Source: Camelus dromedarius
Taxonomy: Eukaryota
NCBI RefSeq assembly: GCF_036321535.1
Contig: NC_087437.1
Location: 43,216,001 to 43,280,000, forward strand
DNA length: 64,000 nt
Direction of reading: 5' to 3'
Made by a program: the position numbers and the translations under genes. Under the pieces are notes generated by a model that saw only the letters and a program-made list of their open reading frames with translations, was not told where the DNA came from and did not search any database. Position 1 is the stretch's first letter, and every line of letters starts with the position of its first letter. Shown here piece by piece: positions 54,101 to 64,000 of the stretch.

Positions 54101-57026
54101 GTAACCTTCAAAAAATCAGATTTCTAAAACAATTCTTGATGTTAAGAAAACCCAGCTATGCTTGACTCACTAAAATACTGCCAGAACTCATACTGTGGGA
54201 ACAATTTAAGATCGTCCAATAATAAGGTTTTAAATAAAACCTACTGAATAGTATCAATAAGTGAAATTCTTTATTTGGAAGAGTGACTTAATCCTTCTAT
54301 AGAAAAATGATGTCCTCATCTATTTATGATGCTGAAGCAATATCTGTAGCTGCTTCTGACTCTTCAGATTTGCTACATTAGGACATGTTCCATGTAGTGT
54401 ATGCATGTGATCATTACCCCACATCAGTTAAGAGGCATGCAGCTTCCTGAGTAGGGAAGATGAGAATAAATAAAGTAGTAAAAAACTAGTTAACCCATTG
54501 CCTTCATGGAAAATTTCTCTCAAGTACGCAGTATCATTTCCATGGCTTATCCACTTATGCAGACCCAGAGTCAAATAGCAACTGAGAATTAAGTCCCACA
54601 TGCAAATAAGTGGGAGATCGTGTTTTAATAAAACATTCTTTTACTGTTACAGCTCATGTAGACCAAGAGCTACCAATTCTGAATGAGTGTAAAGTAGGTA
54701 AAGCTATTGTCTCTTGGCTGTAGAACCTGAACTATTTCCCAAAGAAGTCATGTAACTTGCCTTGGGTACCCTAGTGGGGGAAAGAGTCATGTTAATCATC
54801 CAAGAGAGATATCTTATAAAGCCCCACATTTAATTTAATTGTAGTAGGTTTTACATTTGTCTCCAAAAATTATTGAACTGAGGATTCAGAAAAAAAAAAA
54901 TTTGAGCTCACTTTAGGGGTTTCTTAATATAGCCGAGTTAAACAAATTAAGTAATTTAACTAAAATTGGAAAACAGGTGTGGTTTTGTCAGCAATAAATA
55001 ACTACCACTGCATTTAATCCATGTCGTTAACCAGCAAATAAAACCATAATTTCTATACAGAATCATTGAAAATAGAAATGCAAGAAAATATGTTTGTTGA
55101 GGTTTATTTGTTGACTACTTTAGGTAATTATAGAAAAATGAAAAGCTTGAAAATTTTCTAATATTTTACATGATGACTTAAAGTTGGCAATATCTCAAAT
55201 ACAGTTCTGGTATAGCAGTATTTAAATTTAAAATAAAAATATTTCTATTTCAGAAATGGAGCAACATCATTGTACGAACATCAAATAATACTGAGGGTAC
55301 TTTCTGCATTTAAATGGGGTCATATTAAAGAAATGTAGATTTTTGTGAGCTTGTAACTGAGTGCTAATTAACTTAAACTATTGCTTTCATCTAAGTTTTT
55401 TTCTTAATGGAATGATTGCTTGAGGATTGTAAAATATATCATTTAATTTACTGTGTCCAGCTCCTCCGTCTGTATTTGAAATGGTCTTGAAACCATGATC
55501 TTACAGTTGAGTAGTCAATGGGTCCCTTAAATTACATCATCAATTTCTCCATTGCCAATTTTTTGATCTTTGCTAGTTATTATTATTTTTCAAGGCTATC
55601 TCTCTGAGTTGATGAAACATAACTGCACTATATCTCATTTTTTCCTTCTGTTTTCTGGGATGGTGTTTTTTATTCTTTGAGTTCTGTGGTATTAGGTGTA
55701 GTTTTGAATTAAAAACAGAATGCATAGTAATCGCTGAAAAGCCTTGGAAATCTCTCAGAATGTTTAACAATCCTTCCCTATGAAGTGTGCTTAGAGTTAA
55801 TGCCTGCTTCTTTGCTATTTGTATTATTGAAAGCGACATGTGACTTTCAGTCCTCCTTTTTTTCTTCCTTTTTCTATGAGTGTTATTTTATGCATGACAG
55901 AATTCTCTTGCTTACTGTTATGTGGCTGGCTGTCTTTTAACTTAAGTGACCTGTGTTTGTAATGATTGTTTTTTGCATGAGGATTATGAAATGCCATACA
56001 AATTAAATGGTTGTGGAAACAAAAAGAAATGTAGGGCTTCAATTGCATTTTTGTGTGCTTAATATGTCAATTATGTGACGCTTAAAATTACTTTCATATG
56101 GCCTTTGACTTCCCCTTTGGTGTGCCCCTTTATTCTAGCAAATTAGTATTGTTAAGTATAATAAAACATTTATTAAACATTCACACTATTTTAATACAAT
56201 TATTATCCTAAAACATGATCCCATTATAAATAACCATACTGGGCATGAAATTGCACTAGGGCCTAATTCTATTATATTTCTAAATTGATTATAAAATGTA
56301 AGCCCTGACTCTGTAACTGCCTTAATTGCCAAACACTGACTTCTACCAATGGTACCTTTGCCCTACCAGGTGATAAGATTATCTGTTCATACATCTGTGC
56401 AGGTTGCAGATGTCTTAAATACATAACTAGTATTTAATAAAAACACATGGGGAAATATTTGTATAATGACAAGTAATTTTAAAGTCACAGTTTTGAAAAA
56501 TGTATGATATAAAAATGTGCAAAACCCAGGTGTTAATGTTGTTTAAAAAAAGAAAAGAAAAAAAAAACTAAAAATGTTCATATCTCTATTTTCCCTAATG
56601 CTATTATATTGTCCCAAATTAAAGAATGAGTTTGGCCTACTTTCTTTATTGCTGTCACCAATTCAAATTAGAAAGGACGCTGAATAAATTAAGTTCTTTC
56701 AGCTAATAAAACTGTTTGCTTTTTGTATGCAGTGGGTATTTTAAAAAAATCATTTCCTTTGCTTATGGCTTGAGCTTCAAATCATAATGTATTTTTTATG
56801 CTGGATATACTCACAAACCAAATCTTCTATGAGATATTTTGGGAAAAGGGATTTTTTTTTTTCCTTAAACAAATCAGATAATCAACTTTGATGTAAGCAC
56901 TTCCCCACTCTTTTTGGAAATAACCCATGAGAATTTTAGTATTTACATTTATTTTTTTCCCCTCAGTCTTGTTTATTCTTGAATTGTCTTTTTTTTCCCC
57001 CTCCATTTCTCCGTTCTCAATCCTAG

Positions 57027-57086
57027 GTCCCCTTACAAAGAAACAGACAGATGATTTAGGTGATAATGACGGTGCTGAAGATGAAG
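57027..57086 (+). CDS. NLGN1: Neuroligin-1 alternatively spliced insert A2 exon (60 nt, phase 1-1), encodes (G)PLTKKQTDDLGDNDGAEDE
   Basis: Long polypyrimidine tract ending tcctAG at 57025-57026; exon GTCCCCTTACA...GATGAAG; donor GTATTT at 57087. The translation matches the known NLGN1 splice site A2 insert, and the phase fits the downstream exon (G|AT ATT CGG). Confidence 0.96.
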
Positions 57087-57109
57087 GTATTTTTTCCACC
57101 AAATCTGTT

Positions 57110-57115
57110 TGCATG
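57110..57115 (+). promoter_or_regulatory. Putative Rbfox-binding intronic splicing element (UGCAUG), 24 nt downstream of the A2 exon
   Basis: TGCATG at 57110-57115; further copies at 57436, 55891 and 55974. Function is inferred from motif and position only. Confidence 0.55.
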
Positions 57116-58273
57116 ACAAGGGCCTCAATCACTTTTTCCACCCCTTTCTATTTTTTTACTTCTTGTCTTTTTTTGAAAAGTTGTTTTTAATTCCCGTTTT
57201 TGATGTGTTTTGTCTTCTTGCTTGTTGTTACATATAAATATACATTTTTAATTTTTAAAACAATGAATGTTAAGTTTTGCTTTTGATGCCAACCATTACA
57301 ACGTTTTAAAAAGAGGGGCTTTTTTTTTGTTTTCTTGAACTGACTTTTGATACGTTTCATCCCACGTTTTGACTGAAATTTGTCCGTATTCTTTGAACTA
57401 ACAATCCCCCCACCGTAGTCTCTTTGTACCCATTTTGCATGTTTTCTAATCTTTGTAAATATTTTACCCAATATGAAAATATGTTTCATTTTTACATTTG
57501 ATATTTGTTTAAAAAGAACCCCTCACCAATAAAATGAAGGACAAGGTAAAAGCTGATATAAAGTGTTTCTTGAGCAATATAATTTAGATTTTAAAAATAC
57601 TGTTTTCTGTTGATTTGCTTAAGTATCATGTAAATAAATGAAATTGTATAGATATAGATACGAAAGGCATTGCAGCTATTTAGATGACTGTAGTAAACAC
57701 TGTGCAAACATTTAAATACTCTGAGAAGATTAGATGGATATCCTTTAATTTCAAAGGCACGTAATTTTGAGATTGGCAAATGAAAATATACTGGATTTTA
57801 AACTGTTGCCACCTATAAGTAATAATGTATTTCCTATTGTACTAATATCAAAAATTTTTTTCTTTCCAACTTTCTTTTGACATACAATTCTGATACACCC
57901 TGTAAATGTAAGTACTCACTAGATCGATTTGACGTTTCTCATTCCATTATATACCTTTACCTGGTATTAAATGGAGTGTCTAGAGAGGCCCATTGATTCT
58001 TTCAGTTCATTTTGGTTCCAATAGTTTTTTTGGTTTTTTTTTTTTTTAATGCTACCCTCATTATGATTCTTATGTAGATGACTAATGTAATCTCATGTTT
58101 AAAATAATTTCCAGAACCCTAGAAATTAAATTTCATAAAGATATTAATAATATGGTATGAAAAATTTTCTGAAATAAAATAATACACAAGCAGACCAACA
58201 GAAGTGCTAGATCCATGGGCTACAGCTATGACTGAAAGCTTCCTTACCAAACAATTTAAATTGTTTTCATTAA

Positions 58274-58393
58274 GATATATATATGTGTGTGTGTGTATAT
58301 ATATTATATATATATATAGAACTGAGTCACTATGCTATTCACTGGGAACTAACACAACATTGTAAATCAACTAAACTTCAATTAAAAAAAAAA
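58274..58393 (+). mobile_element. Short L1 3'-end fragment with (TA)/(TG) microsatellite and A-tail
   Basis: atatatatgtgtgtgt...aactgagtcactatgctattcactgggaactaacacaacattgtaaatcaactaaacttcaattaaaaaaaaaa. Confidence 0.8.
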
Positions 58394-61300
58394 TTTGTAT
58401 CGTAAATAAACTACTTCACAGTAGAAAATTAAATTGTAGAGGTGAAGTATGGAAAGCTCGATAATTATATTGGCTGTTAGTATTTTTTATAACATTTAAG
58501 AATGATTTTGATTAAATGAAAATTATGACAGTTGATTAAAAGTTCGTTTACCATGAACCACACTGATGGATTTAAGATTAAATACAATATTCAAGTTAAT
58601 ATTTGAAATAAATCCTTAGAGTTGCCCAAAGTTATAATTTTGAATGCTAAATCGCTAAAAATAAACTTACAATGTCAAAATGCAAATTTTAAAAAATCAT
58701 TTAAAAATGATTTAAAAAAAAGTACTGTTGGAAATCTAAACTATCAAAACATCAAAGGCATTTATTGACGTGAGGACATGTGTTATTGTTCCCAGCGCTA
58801 AGAAGAGTGCTTCCATTTGGGGACTTTGGGGTTTGTTGAACCCTCTGAAAATTCTTGACTCTCAGACATTTGTTATCTAAATAATGCCTAGGTATCAAGG
58901 GCTTCTTAGTGTGTAGCTTTGTAAACTCCACAATTTCCCAGAGTACTCAAACAGTTAATATACATCATTTTCCTGTTTAAAAAATATTTTGATGGTTGAT
59001 TTAATATGCTTTTTTTTTTTGGCAAAACATCATCAAGTAAGACAATTACATGTTTACAAATGATACCTCTGAACAACCCTAGTGAGCTAAGCCCTGTAAT
59101 TGTGAATATATTTCATAGACCTATTTGAAATACATTTAGCATTTTAAAATAGCCATTGAAAATGTCCTAAACACCTTTTTAAATTGGCAGGTAGTATTCA
59201 GATTAAGTATTAAGCCAGTTAGTCATAAGAGTTATCAAATCAGTAAGTGTTTTTTAATGCTCAAAAGTGTGGAATATCAAAACAGTCAACTCAAATTCCC
59301 TCTATTCCTCTGTGTTGTTATTTTGGATAATTGTTTAGAAGACAGGAAAGATAAATTTAAATATCCTCCAGGATTAAAAACAAAAATAAAAGCAAAAACC
59401 TTCATAGAAAAATCTGAGCATCTTCTACTCAATTCATTTGACAACTATTTTGTAGATGTGAGGATGAATGAAAGTCAAGGCCAATTTTCACATTTAATTT
59501 GTTCCAAATCTTAAATCAACATTACTGGAAAAAGCAACAAATAAAAACTACTTGATAAACTACTTTGTTTATTTCAGTCAGAAGTCTAGTTATTTGGTCA
59601 TTTACATGAAGTTCTCCATTTTTTCCTGATAGCCCATCGCTTTACCTGATTTCTGGTTTTCTCTCAACCACTGCAGTCAGAGGCTACCTGAGACCTTGGC
59701 TGCGGCGTGCCCCTCATTTGCTTAAACTAACCCAAAGCTTCTCAGTGGAGCACTATTCTTTACTTGTAATTCTCATTTGTGTTGTTTCCATTCTTCTTAT
59801 GCCAGTTTTAAGCCAAACACAATGTTATCACTTCTCATTTGTATTTTATAATAATCAAAAGAGCTGCATATTTTGTAGGCTGTTTCCATAGTTTCAAAAA
59901 GACTAATCTGAAGTGATAAAAATGGGTCAAAGCAACATCCTAGATTTCTACCAATTTATTTTGGGAATTTAAGAGACTTAAAGTTTATTCAAATTGTGCT
60001 GGGAAAAACTTAATATTTCAATATTCAAATGCAATTTTACATCCTACATAGAGCTTTTAAAAATTGATCTTGTAGATTTTTGTGTTTTTTAACTAAAAAT
60101 TATACTTTTGATCATGTTAAGTCCAGTTTAACAAGCACAAATTCATCCAACACTTCCATATACTTTTGCTGACCCTCCCTACTCATTTGAGGTTCATCCA
60201 ATGAGTAGGGGGAAGAAAAAAATCTTGAAATATCTTTATAGAAAGATTTAATTAAGGCAATACCACATAATTTAAAAACTATTAAAGCCCCCAAACTACC
60301 AAATTAAGGACAATAAAAAATTTCATGAGTCCTTTAAGAAAAAAATAAGCCAGTAAACATGTTCAAAGAGTATGTGACTAAAAATTATTCACTAGAACCA
60401 TTAAAGGGAATTGTGATTCCAAACTCTTGATTGTCAGGCAAAAATAAATCCCCATTAACTGCTCAAGAACTATTGATACTTGCTATATTGGCTTAAAATG
60501 TTGGTTTATCAGAAAAAGAAAATAGTTACTAAAATTTAAAATCAAGGTTATCTACTCAGATTCCAAGTTTATTATGCTTTAACGTGAAAAACATAAATAC
60601 TTTCTTACCATAAAAATTTTAGAAGAAAAATAATCATCACTGTAGTATTTCTCTTTTACTTTCCAACTTTTTTCAGAGACCTAGATGCTTAGCAAAGCTT
60701 TAAAACATTGCAAATAACAGAAAATATAAACATGCTTTCTGAATATTTATAGTTTTACTGGCCCTGAACTGCTGTTAGTCTCTGAGAGTATCTTTTGATT
60801 TTAGTACAGTCAGTAGCAGCTGTTTTGGCAAAGTCAGAAATCCTAGGTGAAATCTACTTTATTTCTAGGGGAAAATGTGAGACAAAGTTTAGAGGGACAA
60901 TAGGGCTCTAATACATTTATTATAAGTTACTACCTCTAATATATTTGCACAAAGACATAGCGGCTCCCCAAATTTTGTTATTAAAATGATGGCATTAGCA
61001 GATAGTATTCAATAGTAGGCTATCTGATGTATCAATTTCATTTATAGAGTCTGGTTCTTTCTAAAACCAAAGTAAATATAGCTGTAATTTGAACTATTTA
61101 CATTTATTGTAATATATTATTATTATGTTATTATATTTACACAATTTTCTATTTATTTTTATATCAACAAGAACAGTAGACCAAGAAGAAAAGTTAGGTC
61201 TAAGACAGACCTTATCAGCAGTATATTTGATAACACAAGGTTGATAAACACTATCAAAAGTAAAGTCTACGGTGGACCACTCTGATAAAACACTATTAAA

Positions 61301-63860
61301 TAATTCCATTTGTTTTGTAATACAAATATGGCATGTCCAAAACTTTATTAGCGATATTAAGAGCTGGTATGCATAAAAATTATACCTATTTTGGTAATTA
61401 ATACTCCATATAGCATTAACTTTAGGATTACTTCAATCAAAAAGAAATACTGTTCAAAACACATTATTAGAATTTTAGAGAACTTTCTGGAAAAGAACTG
61501 CTGGATATGTTAAGTTCTTAGAGAAAGTTGAAATCATAGAGAAGTCTGGAAGGACAAATTGGAAATTAAAATCAACCCAAACGATCAGTAATCCTTTCAA
61601 GTTTAATTTTCAAAGGAAAATCAAGATACGATTCAGAATAGTTCCTAGAATCTACTGTCATATTTTCAGTGTTTCCTGACAATGTCCTCTTCATTCTGTT
61701 GGTAGGTATAAAATGTGGCAGTTCTTTTCAGTGTGTGCCTGTATTGTTTTCCAGGTGAACAGAATGGTTCTACCAAGATTTCATTACTGTTCACAGTTGG
61801 TACTGTGTAATTCTATGTAATTTTAATTAAAGAAGAATTCTGAAACAGCCTCCCTCTGTGCTACCTCCAAGCATACAATTAGCAGAGTACAGTGTCTGCT
61901 GTGAACAGTCAGTTAATGACTTCAGTTTAATAATTTATTATTGCTTCTTCAGTGCCAGCATACTAGAAAAATAAGCTAAAACTGTATGCAGCAACCAGGC
62001 ATTTAAGGAGAGTTTGACAATTTCAGAAGGATTGTTTTCTCTCTGTAAGCCCAACATCTCCACAAGTCCCCAGATCTTAACAAATGAATGAATATCATTT
62101 TCCCTCCCAAGGATTTAAAGAGACAATAAATTTAGGTTTTTCCAGTAAATGTAGCTGTGTCTGGTGGATAGTTTTTATGTCAAACTATCCTCCTCTCACC
62201 ACTTACAAATAAGATACTCTTCTTAAGTACACCCTTCCGGGAGGGGGCAGATTATGATAAATATATACATTGGTATTAAGTATTAAGCAAAATTTAAAGT
62301 AGACTTTTAAAAAAGTCCCTAAATTCTGTCATTAGCTATTTTCCATAACTTGAAAATATAGACAAACAAGTTGAGCTGAAATTCTTGATCTTAAAGTGAT
62401 TTTTCATTGAAAGAAATCACTTTATTATTACAGTAGAAAAATTGAACTATGTACATTAGTCATCTCTTTTTTTGCAGGAAATGTAAAGCAGCCTCTAAAT
62501 TATCACCAGTTTTTTTTGATGAGTTTGTATCATATTAATCCATTGTGAAAGCTGAAACCTCAATCATAATGATGTAGGAGATTGGTTTGATAAAAAATGT
62601 CAAAAGCAAAGGAACAAAGCCATACTTCTAAATGATACTTTTAATATTGGCATTAAAAAAATAATACACTGGATGTAATTTTGTTTCAATTGTGGGTAGA
62701 AGTCATAAACTATTACATAATAGTAATGTTTTATGTATATATATTCATAATCATAGAATATATGTACACATATAATATTTTAGTCTATATAATAGTTAAA
62801 ACCACATTCATCAATATACAGTTTAGCATTTTTCTCTAGAAATTAGTACATTTTTAATACCAATCAAAATTTTCCTGTTTCTCTTATGTATTATTCCTAG
62901 ATCCTTGTTGAAAACTACATAATTGGGGTAAAGCATCTTAGAAGAGCAAAATTAAATTTTGCTGATTAAAATCTAGAACTGTAGAAATCACTTCAATGTC
63001 ACCTTGAACTTTGTCACTTTACACTTGGACTTAGCTATATTCTATTTCATGTCTACATGTCAAACTCTTAGAGCCAAAGTGGGGCTAGAAGTACAATAGT
63101 TACACAAAGAGGGTGAAAAATATGTTAGTCTGTCTTCTTTTTCCAACGAGTAAGGATGGTTGGAATGAGCAGATGACCTGGACTTAACTGAAAAATATAA
63201 TTTATGTGACAGTCCCCTAAATGCAACAAAGACAGAAATATAGATGTGTGGACTCTACTACCTAAATATTCATCTGACAGCACTTGAATAGTTAAATGAA
63301 ACTTCTTGCAACTTCTCTAACACAGTGATGTAATTATGTTCACAAATTGGAACGTAAATTATTCAATGTAACTATGATGTATTCAATACAAATCTTCATT
63401 AAAAAATAAGAAATGAAAAAGCAGAGTGTTTTATTCACAATAGCAGTGATATCATTGTCCTTAGTTTATGGTTCAATGTGAGATTCATATGACATCTGTG
63501 ATACTTGTAAAAAGAAATTTTAAGAATCATTATCGTTGTATTATTTCTTTTCATTCTACTGTCACATCAGGAATCAATAAAAAAGCACTAACATTCACAC
63601 CTACTTCTAATTTGTCCAAGTTTTGAAATTTAGTTTATAATTTTAACAAAAGTTTAGGTAGAAAGCAGTGATTATCTATTGCTCTCTTCCACAGTAGCTT
63701 TTTAATATGAGTTGCTTAAGAAACACTTTAACAAAGGCAGCAATTTAAAGAACTATGTTGAAATCATACCCTTTTGTCCCTAAAATGGAAAATATATTCT
63801 CTGCTTCATTATGTTTTTTTTTTTGAGGATAAGAACAATTGCCAACCATTTGTTTTTCAG

Positions 63861-64000
63861 ATATTCGGGACAGTGGGGGTCCCAAACCAGTGATGGTGTA
63901 TATCCATGGTGGCTCATATATGGAAGGGACTGGAAATTTATATGATGGGAGTGTCTTGGCAAGTTATGGCAATGTGATCGTCATCACAGTCAACTATCGA
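63861..64000 (+). CDS. NLGN1: Neuroligin-1 constitutive coding exon (cholinesterase-like domain), truncated by window end: (D)[46 protein letters not shown]
   Basis: Acceptor tttgtttttcAG at 63859-63860; open phase-1 frame with the carboxylesterase-family PVMVYIHGG and VITVNYR motifs. DSGGPKP and GNLYDGS distinguish NLGN1 from NLGN2/3/4. Confidence 0.97.

Larger units (their letters stand above)
1..57026 (+). other. NLGN1: 3' part of a long NLGN1 intron upstream of the A2 exon
   Basis: No other neuroligin coding sequence recognised (the A1 insert VKRISKECARKPGKKICRKG and the upstream constitutive exon were not found); TE-rich; ends at the A2 acceptor. Confidence 0.85.
57087..63860 (+). other. 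NLGN1: NLGN1 intron between A2 exon and next constitutive exon (~6.8 kb)
   Basis: GT at 57087 and AG at 63859-63860 with compatible phase. Confidence 0.92.

Noticed and set aside
1..57026. NLGN1 A1 insert exon (VKRISKECARKPGKKICRKG)
   Set aside because: Not found by eye; it presumably lies upstream of this window.
56927..57190. 87-aa + strand ORF spanning the A2 exon
   Set aside because: Only the central 20 codons are the real exon; the flanks are translated polypyrimidine and intron sequence.
1..64000. Prokaryotic-type systems (CRISPR arrays, operons), tRNA or rRNA genes
   Set aside because: The sequence is mammalian intron; no regularly spaced repeats or structured RNA genes were recognised.

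Overview
Mammalian genomic DNA, AT-rich and mostly intronic, from inside neuroligin-1 (NLGN1, + strand). Only two coding exons are recognisable: the 60-nt alternatively spliced splice-site-A2 exon (57027-57086, GPLTKKQTDDLGDNDGAEDE) and the start of the next constitutive esterase-domain exon (63861 to the window end, [47 protein letters not shown]). The first ~51 kb is dense in transposable elements: three large antisense LINE-1 copies, several L2, MIR and old L1 remnants, an MLT1 LTR and a MER5-like element. The last ~13 kb around the exons is almost repeat-free. Best observations: (i) a class-I ERV fragment with a poly(A) tail, a perfect 17-bp target-site duplication and an L1-endonuclease-type site, i.e. 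apparently an ERV transcript retroposed by LINE-1 machinery, whose source also lacks most of env; (ii) a candidate frame-preserving 30-nt microexon (or recursive splice site) ~2.9 kb upstream of the A2 exon; (iii) clustered TGCATG (Rbfox) motifs flanking A2. No Alu, B1, Bov-tA or SINEC was seen; the L1 tails suggest a laurasiatherian, possibly a camelid (uncertain). Most ORFs in the supplied track are spurious or decayed L1 fragments. Repeat family names and boundaries are by eye and approximate.
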